From an uncultured Bacilli bacterium (GTDB taxonomy: Bacteria; Bacillota_I; Bacilli_A; RFN20; CAG-826), in NCBI GenBank assembly GCA_905235515.1, contig CAJOLV010000005.1, forward strand, positions 6,409 to 70,408: DNA of 64,000 bases. The letters are read 5' to 3'. A model generated the notes under the pieces. It saw only the letters and a list, made by a program, of their open reading frames with translations, ran no database searches and had not been told where the DNA came from. How positions within the stretch are numbered: position 1 is the first letter of the stretch; each line of letters starts with the position of its first letter. Below are positions 10,403 through 19,554 of this stretch, in pieces. A program made the translations under genes and the position numbers.

Positions 10403-11144
10403 CTGCTTTTTTCTCTACAAACACTAACTTCTTTAAGACGAAGAAGAATGGAACAATGATAATCCAGATAAAGATAGACCACACTTGGCTAGGCGAAAAG
10501 ACACCTAAGAAGTTTCCTCTATCATCTCCACGGAAGAATTCGATAATAAATCTAAAGATTGAATATGATCCTAAATAAACGATGAATGTATATTTGAATT
10601 TAAATACTAAAATAAGAACTAATAACAAACCAGTTAATAAGAATAAAAATCCACTCTCAATTAATTGAGTAGGAATAACTGGTTCTGATAAAAATGGAAA
10701 TTGCACGCCAATCCAACTATTAGTCGGTTTGCCATAACAACAACCATCTAAGAAACAACCAATTCTACCAAAGGCATGCCCGATAGTGATTGCAGGAGGC
10801 GCTACTTTAAATACTTCTGCAATTTTTAATGTTGATGATTTTCTGATAAAAACATAATAAACAAATAGGAATCCGGCAATACCGCCAAATAATCCACCAT
10901 AGAATGTTAATCCCCAATTCCATTGTCTTTCATAGATTGCTTCAAACACTAATGCGCCTATAATGCCAAAGGCAACAGCAAAGGAGGAACAAATTAATAA
11001 ATCAATGATATCTCTCTTAGAGAATTGGTTCTTTTTAAAATAAATAACAAGTAATGTAAAAGCAGCAATAATGCCAATAACAATCATTACAACGTAAGAA
11101 TCTAAAAAGCCAAATAAGCGTGGATACATGCTTATATTATACAT
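10380..11144 (-). CDS. lgt: Prolipoprotein diacylglyceryl transferase
   Basis: 'HAFGRIGCFLDGCCYGKPT' Lgt signature region, 7 TM; TATAAT 6 nt upstream of ATG (leaderless-type). Confidence 0.7.
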   Translation of the reverse strand: MYNISMYPRLFGFLDSYVVMIVIGIIAAFTLLVIYFKKNQFSKRDIIDLLICSSFAVAFGIIGALVFEAIYERQWNWGLTFYGGLFGGIAGFLFVYYVFIRKSSTLKIAEVFKVAPPAITIGHAFGRIGCFLDGCCYGKPTNSWIGVQFPFLSEPVIPTQLIESGFLFLLTGLLLVLILVFKFKYTFIVYLGSYSIFRFIIEFFRGDDRGNFLGVFSPSQVWSIFIWIIIVPFFFVLKKLVFVEKKADEQKQNN

Positions 11145-11193
11145 TCAAAAGAAGTCTTGTATAAAACAATGCTTCTTTTTGCTATCTCTAGAT

Positions 11194-11220
11194 AAATAAA
11201 AATCTCGATTACTCGAGACC
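11194..11220 (-). terminator. Intrinsic terminator after tRNA-Ile (TCTCGA-gtaa-TCGAGA + TTTTTATTT on minus strand)
   Basis: Perfect 6-bp stem plus U-run read on minus strand. Confidence 0.5.
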
Positions 11221-11305
11221 ACTAAACGTTTTCACGGGGTTAGGATTCAATCACCCTTCCCTTATATATCATCAATTCATCCTAATGATGAGATTGTCAA
11301 CTAAT

Positions 11306-11382
<77 letters not shown>

Positions 11383-11461
11383 ATATGCTGTTAAACAGCC
11401 TAATTAATATACAATAGTAATAAATAAATTGTCAAACGATATTTTATAAATATATTTCATC

Positions 11462-11492
11462 AAAAAAAGGAAGGCGATAAGTTCCTTCCTTT
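11462..11492 (-). terminator. Intrinsic terminator downstream of rpsI (AAGGAAGG ... CCTTCCTT + T7)
   Basis: 8-bp perfect stem followed by TTTTTTTG on minus strand; also hairpin + T-run on plus strand. Confidence 0.8.
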
Positions 11493-11526
11493 TCTTGTTT
11501 TGACACTTGTAATAATTCGGAAACGA

Positions 11527-11925
11527 TTAACGTTTGCTGAATTGTGGTGCTCTTCTCGCGGCTTTGAGACCGTATTTCTTTCTTTCTTTAGCTCTGGAAT
11601 CACGAGTGAGTAATCCAGCTTGTTTAAGAACGGAACGATCACAACCAGCTTCTAATAAAGCTCTAGCGATACCTAAACGGATTGCACCGGCTTGGCCTGT
11701 GAATCCACCACCTTTTACTTCAGCGCGAACATCGTATTTGCTTTCGGTTTCTGTTAACACGAGTGGTTGTCTTAAGTCCATAATTAATGTGTCATAAGGC
11801 ATATACTCTTCAACAGCTCTACCGTTAACGACGATTTTGCCGCTTCCAGAAGTCACATAAACACGGGCGATAGAAGATTTTCTTCTACCAGTGCCGTAAT
11901 ATTGGAGATCAGCTTTCTTTGCCAT
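11527..11925 (-). CDS. rpsI: 30S ribosomal protein S9
   Basis: '[16 protein letters not shown] ... [16 protein letters not shown]'. Confidence 0.95.
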   Translation of the reverse strand: MAKKADLQYYGTGRRKSSIARVYVTSGSGKIVVNGRAVEEYMPYDTLIMDLRQPLVLTETESKYDVRAEVKGGGFTGQAGAIRLGIARALLEAGCDRSVLKQAGLLTRDSRAKERKKYGLKAARRAPQFSKR

Positions 11926-11939
11926 AGTTTAGTTTCCTC

Positions 11940-12380
11940 CTAGAATTTGAGCTCAAGAACTTCTGGTTTTTGAGCTTCATGTTTGTGGTCAGGACCAGCA
12001 TAAACAAATAATTTCTTTTCAATTTGTCTGCCTAAACGGCCCTTAGGAACCATACCGTGAACTGATCTTTCGATCATTTCAGTTGGGTATTTCTCAACCA
12101 TTTCTTTTGCGGTTCTCACACGGAGACCACCAGCATAACCAGAAACATTATAATATTTCTTGTTATGGAGTTTATCGCCTGATAAGCCAACTTTCTCAGC
12201 GTTGACGATGATGACATAGTCACCACAATCGACATTTGGAGTCCATGTTGGTTTATTTTTGCCCATAAGGACAAGGGCGATGGCTGAGGCTAATCTACCT
12301 AATGGTAAGTCTGTCGCATCGATGACATACCATTTTCTTTGGATTTCGTTTGTTTTTGCAATTGTAGTTTGACGTTGCAT
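11940..12380 (-). CDS. rplM: 50S ribosomal protein L13
   Basis: L13 N-terminus '[24 protein letters not shown]'. Confidence 0.95.
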   Translation of the reverse strand: MQRQTTIAKTNEIQRKWYVIDATDLPLGRLASAIALVLMGKNKPTWTPNVDCGDYVIIVNAEKVGLSGDKLHNKKYYNVSGYAGGLRVRTAKEMVEKYPTEMIERSVHGMVPKGRLGRQIEKKLFVYAGPDHKHEAQKPEVLELKF

Positions 12381-12482
12381 ATAACTTAAATCCTCCTTTT
12401 CAAACTAACTTTTGTCTTACCGGGACTGAGCTAATTTGGCTGTGCCGACTAAAATCATACTTTTTATATAAAAAGATGTCAA
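12381..12482 (-). promoter_or_regulatory. rplM-rpsI promoter (TTGACA 12477-12482, 17-nt spacer, TATGAT 12454-12459) and ~70-nt structured 5' leader (possible L13-type autoregulatory leader)
   Basis: Consensus -35/-10 with 17-nt spacing read directly on minus strand; leader 'GUCGGCACAGCCAAAUUAGCUCAGUCCCGGUAAGAC' precedes GGAGG RBS. Confidence 0.6.
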
Positions 12483-12522
12483 CTGCTTTTGAAATTATTT
12501 TCAAACTAATATTTTTGGAGTT

Positions 12523-13686
12523 TTGATTTTAAGCCATTATAATAGTGTTGTTATGGTCATCGGGGTCATTGGTTCTGGCTTTGCCGGGTTAACATTTGCA
12601 ATCAAGAGGAAAATGATTCATCCAAAAGATGAAATTTTAGTTTTTGAACACCTTGATAAAGCTATGAAAAAGACTCTTTCCACAGGAAATGGAAAATGCA
12701 ATATCGGTAACACAATTGATATTTCTGACCAGGCAAATTCTAGAATCGCAAAATCAATACTTTCTCAATACAATTTTGAAAAGCAAAAAGAATTTTTAAA
12801 TTCTTTGAATATCAAAACTAAGTTGTTTGGAGAGTTGGAATATCCAATCACTGAAAGCGCGGTTACAGTGAGAAATATGTATCTTAAAGCCGCTTTAAAA
12901 TATGGGGTTAAGATTCTATTAGAAACCAATATTTTAGATTATGAATTGAGGGGTAATAATATTGTTTTGACCACTAATAATGGGGAATATGTTTTAGATA
13001 AATTAGTGTTCGCGACAGGTGGTATTTCTTCACCTAAATTAGGTAGTGATGGTTCAATTCTGCCTATTCTCAATAAACGCGGTTATAAACTGAAAGATTT
13101 TTCTCCTGCTCTTTGTCCAATTTACACAAAAGAGAAGACGAAGCCACTTGATGGCACTCGTGTTAAAGCAAATGTCACCTTATTAAGTGGGAAAGAAACT
13201 CTATTAGAGGAAAACGGAGAAGTGTTATTTAAAGAACACGGATTGTCTGGAATTGTTATCTTTAATGTATCTCGTATTATCTCAAAGAATATAAATAGAC
13301 CTTATAAGATAAATATTGATTTAGTTCCAGATATAGCGAAAGAAGAATTAAGAGATTTCTTAAAACATGATAATGAATCTACATTATTAGAATCATATTT
13401 ACACCCAAATATTGCTAAGTTTATTGATGGATTGAATGTCAAAGGCGAAGCTTTAATTAACTTATTAAAATCATTTAGTTTCACTTTTGATAAATTATAT
13501 GGCTTTGATGTCGCTCACATCAGTGTCGGCGGAATCCGTTTTGAAGAATTAACTGATTCTTTAGAATCAAAAACAGAAAAAGGAGTCCACTTCTTAGGAG
13601 AACTCCTTGATTATGATGGTCCTTGTGGAGGGCATAACATCATGTGGGCAATTGCGTCCGCACTCTATCTATCTACTTCTTTTTAA
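12523..13686 (+). CDS. NAD(P)/FAD-dependent oxidoreductase, HI0933/YhiN (BaiN-like) flavoprotein family; likely start ATG 12553
   Basis: Rossmann 'VIGVIGSGFAGLTFA' and family motif 'TGNGKCNIGN'. Confidence 0.7.
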   Translation: MILSHYNSVVMVIGVIGSGFAGLTFAIKRKMIHPKDEILVFEHLDKAMKKTLSTGNGKCNIGNTIDISDQANSRIAKSILSQYNFEKQKEFLNSLNIKTKLFGELEYPITESAVTVRNMYLKAALKYGVKILLETNILDYELRGNNIVLTTNNGEYVLDKLVFATGGISSPKLGSDGSILPILNKRGYKLKDFSPALCPIYTKEKTKPLDGTRVKANVTLLSGKETLLEENGEVLFKEHGLSGIVIFNVSRIISKNINRPYKINIDLVPDIAKEELRDFLKHDNESTLLESYLHPNIAKFIDGLNVKGEALINLLKSFSFTFDKLYGFDVAHISVGGIRFEELTDSLESKTEKGVHFLGELLDYDGPCGGHNIMWAIASALYLSTSF

Positions 13687-13843
13687 ACCTAATATCTATA
13701 GTACAATCCAAACCATCCGCTAGTCTCTCTAATGTAGAAAGCGTAATGTTTTTTAATCCATCTTCGATTTTTGAAATGTCGCCTTGATTAATTCCGGTTT
13801 TCTTTGCAAAATCTGTCTGACGTAGATTTTTTGCTTCACGCAT
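13673..13843 (-). CDS. Small XRE-family helix-turn-helix protein (track ORF extends to 13981; HTH core starts near MREAKNL)
   Basis: 'LRQTDFAKKTGINQGDISKIEDGLKNITLSTLERLADGLDCTIDI' classic Cro/C1 HTH; no obvious SD. Confidence 0.55.
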   Translation of the reverse strand: MREAKNLRQTDFAKKTGINQGDISKIEDGLKNITLSTLERLADGLDCTIDIRFKKK

Positions 13844-14115
13844 TTCTGTAATTTGCAAACCAACATTGTAATGCAAGGGCAGTTTTGCTTTTCCACTGTA
13901 CCTTGTGTAAATGTATGGTGGATTATGATTATTAATGTAAATACAAATGGCTATCCCATAAAAAGTATTTATTGTAGACATAGCCTCTTCCTTTCATTAT
14001 GTGGTTTATCCCATAATTCAAGGAAACAAAAACCCTTAGTGTATACCTAGTTCTTCTTTAAATTAATAAATATTCACTATGTATATATTTAACTAAGGGC
14101 TAATTAATAAGCTAA

Positions 14116-14820
14116 TTATTGTACGTTGTGATATACGTTTTGGACGTCTTCTAATTCATCCAACATATCACATAATTCTTCAAATTTTCTTTTATCTTCT
14201 GGGTCATCCAAACTGATTGGTTCATTTGGTAAGAATGTGATTTCTGCGACATCGAATTCACTGATGCCCATATCTGCTAATGCAGCTCTTGCGGCAGCGA
14301 ACGCTGTTGGTTCTACTAAGACTTCGATTTTGTCTTCGTCTTGGTTAACTTCACGAACGTCAATATCACCTAAGATTAATGTTTCTTCAACTTCGTCTCT
14401 ATTGTTGCCTGTAAATACAAACATACCAGCTTCGGTGAAATTATATGCTGTGCTACCTAAGTGGCCACCTTTTTTAGTGACGGCAGTACGAACGGCAATA
14501 AACGCACGATTTGAATTATCTGTTAATGTGTCGATGATGAAGAGGGACCCGCCAGGACCAAAAGCCTCATATCTACCAGCAGTATATGCTTCTGCACTAC
14601 CACCTTTAGCTTTTTGGATGGCTCTATCGATAACATCCTTTGTAACATGTTGGCTCTTCCATTTTTCAATAGCAGAACGTAACGCTAAATTCATTTCTGG
14701 ATCTGGTTCACCAGATTTTGCTGCCATATAAATTTCTTTTGAAGCTCTCATAAAAAGTGCGCTTCTTGCGGCAGCTGTTGCAGCCATTGCTTTGGCTCTT
14801 ACTTCATGTGCTCTTCCCAT
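14116..14820 (-). CDS. YebC/PmpR-family DNA-binding transcriptional regulator
   Basis: 'KSGEPDPEMNLALRSAIEKWKSQHVTKDVIDRAIQKAKG' matches YebC N-domain pattern; 234 aa. Confidence 0.8.
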   Translation of the reverse strand: MGRAHEVRAKAMAATAAARSALFMRASKEIYMAAKSGEPDPEMNLALRSAIEKWKSQHVTKDVIDRAIQKAKGGSAEAYTAGRYEAFGPGGSLFIIDTLTDNSNRAFIAVRTAVTKKGGHLGSTAYNFTEAGMFVFTGNNRDEVEETLILGDIDVREVNQDEDKIEVLVEPTAFAAARAALADMGISEFDVAEITFLPNEPISLDDPEDKRKFEELCDMLDELEDVQNVYHNVQ

Positions 14821-14875
14821 AAATTGTCCTCTTTCAACTCAAAAATATTAGCATAATTATTTTTGAATGAAAACA

Positions 14876-15625
14876 CTATTTGTAGTTCACTTTAATCAAA
14901 CAAAGCCCTTGTGGTTGAGCTTTATATGATACGATTGAACGTATTTTTGACTCTTTTAATTTGTCGTCAATGAATGATATGTTCTCTTTTTTTGTCGCTA
15001 CTGCAACAGCGGTTCCAACCATATATCTAATCTGATATCTCATGAATCCATTACCGGTGAAATTTACAGTAATTTCTTCATTTTCACCATCAAAACCCAC
15101 TTTAATTTCATAAATTTCACGAATAAATCCATCTTTGTCTTCTTCTTTTGATGTGAAGTTTTGATAATTATGTTTGCCTATAAATTTCTTAATAGCTTGT
15201 TCAAACAAAGACCTATCAAAATCATTTGTTTTAAGTAGCCAACACACATCATATCTAAATGGTTGTTTAGCATTTAATGAAATGCGATATTGATATTCTT
15301 TACTTGTAGCAGAATATCTTGAATGGAATTCTTCATCTTTTAAATATTCTAAGGAGTTGAGTTTGATATCAATTGGTAAAACACAATTAATACGATACAT
15401 CAATTCATCAGCGGTATATTTACTTTCATTAATATCAAAATGGAATGTTTGCCCGCTGGCGTGTACACCTGCATCCGTACGACCAGAACCATAAATATTA
15501 ATTTCCGTATTTAAAATTTTACCAATTGCTTTTTCAAGTTCGGCTTGAATACTATTTTGGCCAATTTGTTTTTCCCAACCGTAATAATTTGTGCCCTTAT
15601 AGGCCACTACACAAAATACTCTCAT
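14876..15625 (-). CDS. truA: tRNA pseudouridine(38-40) synthase
   Basis: 'YKGTNYYGWEKQ ... GSGRTDAGVHASGQ' catalytic Asp motif. Confidence 0.9.
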   Translation of the reverse strand: MRVFCVVAYKGTNYYGWEKQIGQNSIQAELEKAIGKILNTEINIYGSGRTDAGVHASGQTFHFDINESKYTADELMYRINCVLPIDIKLNSLEYLKDEEFHSRYSATSKEYQYRISLNAKQPFRYDVCWLLKTNDFDRSLFEQAIKKFIGKHNYQNFTSKEEDKDGFIREIYEIKVGFDGENEEITVNFTGNGFMRYQIRYMVGTAVAVATKKENISFIDDKLKESKIRSIVSYKAQPQGLCLIKVNYK

Positions 15626-15626
15626 A

Positions 15627-16541
15627 TTAGAAACCTAAATCTACATTAAATAGTAATTGAAATAAATTAATACCTGTTTCTGATTTTTTATCAAAAACAA
15701 ATAAAATAATAATTCCTGCAAATAAAGCACCAACAAAGAGGAAAGCTAACAAATCTCTCCAACCAAAACGCAACACTCTATATCTAGTTCTCTTGGCTCT
15801 TGGATCATATCCTCTTACTTCCATGGCGTTAGATAATTCTTCACTTCTATCAATCGCAGAAACAAATAAAGGAATAATTAAAGAAATAACGGCTTTAAAT
15901 CTTTTGCTTAGTCTACCATGATTAAAATCAACGCCTCTGGAGGCTTGAGCTTTCATAATTCTTTCTGATTCTTCTAATAATGTTGGAATAAATCTTAAGG
16001 CAATCGATAAAGTCATTGCCACTGGATGAACTGGGAATCTAACCACCTTTAAAGGAGTCATATACCATTCAAAACCATATGTTAAATCCATTGGTTTAGT
16101 GGTTGATGTTAAAACCATCATCACCGCCATCATTAAGATTAATCTTAAAATAATATAACCAGCTTGATATATGGCTTGCCAATAAACATCAAAACCGATA
16201 TTAAAAGCAACTGGTCCAGAATAAGTGTTATTAGGAATGAATATATAAATTGCAAACATGAATATGATTAACAGCCAAAGGCCTTTAAGACTGCTTAATA
16301 AATCCAAAAAACTAACCCTGGAAATAATCATGAGAGTAATAATTAACACAAGATATAAGCCAGACATCAACATCGTTGTAGACCACACTTTGTATTGGAA
16401 AAAGATACCCACTACTAACAAGATGACAAGTAGAATTTTATTTCTCGCATCTAACTTATGAGTAAAAGTGTTATATGGAGAGTAACGGCCAAATGTTATA
16501 TTAGTCATTTTTTCCCTCCATAAATTGTTTGACAAAGTCAT
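15627..16541 (-). CDS. ecfT: Energy-coupling factor transporter transmembrane component EcfT
   Basis: Polytopic 304 aa following two ECF ATPases, upstream of truA (conserved synteny). Confidence 0.85.
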   Translation of the reverse strand: MTLSNNLWREKMTNITFGRYSPYNTFTHKLDARNKILLVILLVVGIFFQYKVWSTTMLMSGLYLVLIITLMIISRVSFLDLLSSLKGLWLLIIFMFAIYIFIPNNTYSGPVAFNIGFDVYWQAIYQAGYIILRLILMMAVMMVLTSTTKPMDLTYGFEWYMTPLKVVRFPVHPVAMTLSIALRFIPTLLEESERIMKAQASRGVDFNHGRLSKRFKAVISLIIPLFVSAIDRSEELSNAMEVRGYDPRAKRTRYRVLRFGWRDLLAFLFVGALFAGIIILFVFDKKSETGINLFQLLFNVDLGF

Positions 16542-17352
16542 CTATATTACGAATATTTTGAATATCTAAAGATAAACCTTTGTCTTTAAGTTTTTTAGAT
16601 ATCTCATATAAAACAGGGATTTCAATGGAAAGTTTTTCAGTATCTTGCGCAAATAGTTCATATGGATTGCCTTCAAATGCCAATTTGCCTTTATTTAGCA
16701 CAAAGACTTTTTGACAATATTTCAAAACGAGATCCATGTCATGTGTTACTAAAATAATGGTCTTTCCATTTTTGTGCATTTGTGCAACAAGAGACATAAT
16801 CTCATTAACACCTCGTGGATCTAATCCCGCGGTAGGTTCATCTAAGACTAAAATATCAGGCTCAATAGCTAATATACCCGCTATTGCGACTCTTCTTTTT
16901 TCTCCACCACTTAATTCAAATGGTGAGCGCTTAAAATATGACTCATCTAATCCGACAGAAAGCAAAGCTTTATGAGCCTTATTTAAAGCTTCTTCGCCTT
17001 TAATGCCAAAGTTTTTAACGCCAAACGCGACATCTTCTTCTACTGTTTCTTCAAACAATTGATATTCAGGAAATTGAAAGACTATTCCTAAATGTTTTCT
17101 TAACTCCTTAATATGTTTATTTTTCTTTTTCTTAGGAGTGATGAGAAATTCATCAACTTCAACTTGTCCTGCTGATGGAATTAATAAAGCATTTAAGTTC
17201 TGAATAAGGGTGGATTTTCCAGAACCTGTTTCTCCCACAAAAGCAACAAAAGAGTTTTCTTCAATGGTTAAAGAAACTCCATCTAATGCTTTAGTTGAAT
17301 TAGGAGATTTTGGATTATATGTATAAAAGAGGTCAGTTACTTTAATTGCCAT
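16501..17352 (-). CDS. ecfA2: ECF transporter ATPase EcfA2
   Basis: Walker A 'GETGSGKST', 'LSGGEKRRVAIAG', 'LVLDEPTAGLD'. Confidence 0.9.
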   Translation of the reverse strand: MAIKVTDLFYTYNPKSPNSTKALDGVSLTIEENSFVAFVGETGSGKSTLIQNLNALLIPSAGQVEVDEFLITPKKKKNKHIKELRKHLGIVFQFPEYQLFEETVEEDVAFGVKNFGIKGEEALNKAHKALLSVGLDESYFKRSPFELSGGEKRRVAIAGILAIEPDILVLDEPTAGLDPRGVNEIMSLVAQMHKNGKTIILVTHDMDLVLKYCQKVFVLNKGKLAFEGNPYELFAQDTEKLSIEIPVLYEISKKLKDKGLSLDIQNIRNIDDFVKQFMEGKND

Positions 17353-18158
17353 AACGCCTCCACTAGTTGATCAACATTATCAACGCTTGGAATATCAATT
17401 CCTTGCTTTTTAAATTTATCTTGAAGAGTCAAAATGAAAGGCATTTCAATTCCCACTTGACTCATTAATTTTTTATCTTTCAAAACTTCTTTTGGATTAC
17501 CAAGAGTAGCAATCCTCCCTTCGCTCATCACAATTACAGTATCACTTTCATAAGCTTCTTCAATGTCGTGAGTAATAGAAATAACCGTCAAATTCGGGTT
17601 ATTTTGTTTCATTTTTAATATTAATTCCCTAACATCTCTTTTTCCTTTAGGGTCTAACATTGAGGTTGATTCATCAAAAATAATAATCTCCGGATTTAAT
17701 GCTAGAGCGCCCGCTATTGCTACTCTTTGTTTTTGTCCACCAGAGAGCATTGACGGTTCTTTTTTTAAATAATCAATCATCCCCACTTCATTAGCGTATT
17801 CATTGATAATGGCTTGCATATGGTTATGTGGGACACATTTATTTTCTAGGCCAAAGGCAATGTCATCCTCCACAGTTGCACCAATGAATTGATTGTCTGG
17901 ATTTTGAAAAACCAAGGCCATTTTTTGACGAATTTCATTAACGCTGTTTTTAGTTAATAGTTTGCCATTGATAAAAATTTCACCTTTTTTTGGTGTTAAT
18001 AAACCAATCAAAAGTTTAACTAATGTTGATTTCCCACAACCATTATGTCCAACAATTGAAACAAAACTACCTTTATCAATTTTAAAATTGATATCTTTGA
18101 TAGTTTCGACATCTTGAGTGTAAGAGAATGAAAGATTTTTAACTTCGATAACCGACAT
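17337..18158 (-). CDS. ecfA1: ECF transporter ATPase EcfA1
   Basis: Walker A 'GHNGCGKST', 'LSGGQKQRVAIAG', 'IIFDESTSMLD'. Confidence 0.9.
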   Translation of the reverse strand: MSVIEVKNLSFSYTQDVETIKDINFKIDKGSFVSIVGHNGCGKSTLVKLLIGLLTPKKGEIFINGKLLTKNSVNEIRQKMALVFQNPDNQFIGATVEDDIAFGLENKCVPHNHMQAIINEYANEVGMIDYLKKEPSMLSGGQKQRVAIAGALALNPEIIIFDESTSMLDPKGKRDVRELILKMKQNNPNLTVISITHDIEEAYESDTVIVMSEGRIATLGNPKEVLKDKKLMSQVGIEMPFILTLQDKFKKQGIDIPSVDNVDQLVEALWQLK

Positions 18159-18179
18159 ACCCGTTTATTATATCAAAAC

Positions 18180-18779
18180 TTAATTCGATTTTATAATCAT
18201 ATTAAGTTTGGTTAATGCTTTACGCCTAATTCTGAACAATTTGCTTCTTTCCCATTGGATAATTTCACCAATTTCAATAGGCTTATATTCCATAAACGTC
18301 AATTGCAAAAACTTAATTTCTTCTTTAGTGAACTTATCAATATATTTATTGATTAATTCAATCAGTTCATCACTTATTGGACTATATTCAGGCTCACTGA
18401 CAATTTCAGCATCTTGCATTTTGTATCTTTGATTATCACGAAAATCTTCTGTGCCACACGCTAATTGAAGATCTTTATTTTTAGCGTAATAATTTTTGAA
18501 TTTTGTGATAGATATAGACCACCAATAACTAACGAATTTAGTTATACCAGCGGAATATTTTTCAATTGCCAGCATAAGTGATTCTGTCGAAATACTAATC
18601 AAGTCATCTAAATATAAATGGGGGATATGGTAATCTTTCATAAAAGAATAACTGATTGAGTAAAACAAACCATTAAACCTATTAAACAATTCGGTAAACG
18701 CTTTCATATTGCCTTTTTGAATGATAAATACCAAATCCTCATCTGTATATAGACGCCACGGATTATCGTCTTTTTTCAA
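18180..18779 (-). CDS. Alternative sigma-70-family factor, SigH-like (TTG start with GGAGGA RBS)
   Basis: C-terminal region-4 HTH 'ERSKLFRIRRKALTKL'; located directly after cysS-rlmB as sigH is in Bacillus (cysS-mrnC-rlmB-yacP-sigH). Confidence 0.55.
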   Translation of the reverse strand: MKKDDNPWRLYTDEDLVFIIQKGNMKAFTELFNRFNGLFYSISYSFMKDYHIPHLYLDDLISISTESLMLAIEKYSAGITKFVSYWWSISITKFKNYYAKNKDLQLACGTEDFRDNQRYKMQDAEIVSEPEYSPISDELIELINKYIDKFTKEEIKFLQLTFMEYKPIEIGEIIQWERSKLFRIRRKALTKLNMIIKSN

Positions 18780-18834
18780 ACAAAAAATCCTCCTTTCTTT
18801 AAGATTGGAGGAATAAAACTTTAAATTAATAAAT

Positions 18835-19554
18835 TTAATTTTTGATTCTCGATAGCAGCACTCCGGTAGCTACTGAAGCATTTAATGAGTTAACTTTTCC
18901 ATACATCGGGATCTTGACGACATAATCGGAGTTCTTCAAAACTAAACTAGATACTCCACTCCCCTCGTTGCCAATAACTAACACCGTTGGGAAATCGTAT
19001 TTTAAATCCTGATAATTGGTTTCAGCATCGCCGGAACTTGCGACTATCCAGAAACCCGCGTCTTTCAAAGCCTTAATTGCATTGTTTAAGTTAGCAACAG
19101 AGATGACAGGAACGTAATTAATTGCGCCTGCAGATGTTTTTGCAACTGTGGCGTTAAGAGGAACTTGATTGTGTTTAGCAATAACAACACCTACTACGCC
19201 AAAGATATCACAACATCTAAGAATTGCTCCAAAGTTATGTGGATCATTAATTCCATCTAACATAACAATAATTGGATTTTTTTCTTTTTTGCTTTTGAAG
19301 ATAATTTCTTCCAAAGAATGTGTTTGATACGGCTTAATAATCGCTGCTATTCCTTGATGAACACCTTGGCACATTTGATTTAATTCATTATTACTGACAA
19401 TCTTTGTTTGAAGGGAGGATAAACGAATGAGATTAAGTATCTCACTATCACGGAATCCCTCAACCAAAAATAGTGAGATAACACTATTGTGTTTGATTGC
19501 TTCTTTGACAGGATTCCTCCCAAAAATTAAATTATCTTTCTGTATGTTTTTCAT
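18835..19554 (-). CDS. rlmB: 23S rRNA (guanosine-2'-O)-methyltransferase RlmB (SpoU/TrmH family)
   Basis: 'LDGINDPHNFGAILRCCDIFGV', 'VIGNEGSGVS', 'VKIPMYGKVNSLNASVA'. Confidence 0.85.
   Translation of the reverse strand: MKNIQKDNLIFGRNPVKEAIKHNSVISLFLVEGFRDSEILNLIRLSSLQTKIVSNNELNQMCQGVHQGIAAIIKPYQTHSLEEIIFKSKKEKNPIIVMLDGINDPHNFGAILRCCDIFGVVGVVIAKHNQVPLNATVAKTSAGAINYVPVISVANLNNAIKALKDAGFWIVASSGDAETNYQDLKYDFPTVLVIGNEGSGVSSLVLKNSDYVVKIPMYGKVNSLNASVATGVLLSRIKN

Noticed and set aside
14237-14731. 164-aa plus-strand ORF
   Set aside because: Lies entirely antisense within the well-supported yebC gene; an Ala/Ser-rich artefact.
18780-18834. Apparent hairpin TCCTCC...GGAGGA + T-run after rlmB
   Set aside because: The GGAGGA arm is the RBS of the TTG-initiated sigma-factor gene, so this is more likely a translation-initiation region than a terminator.
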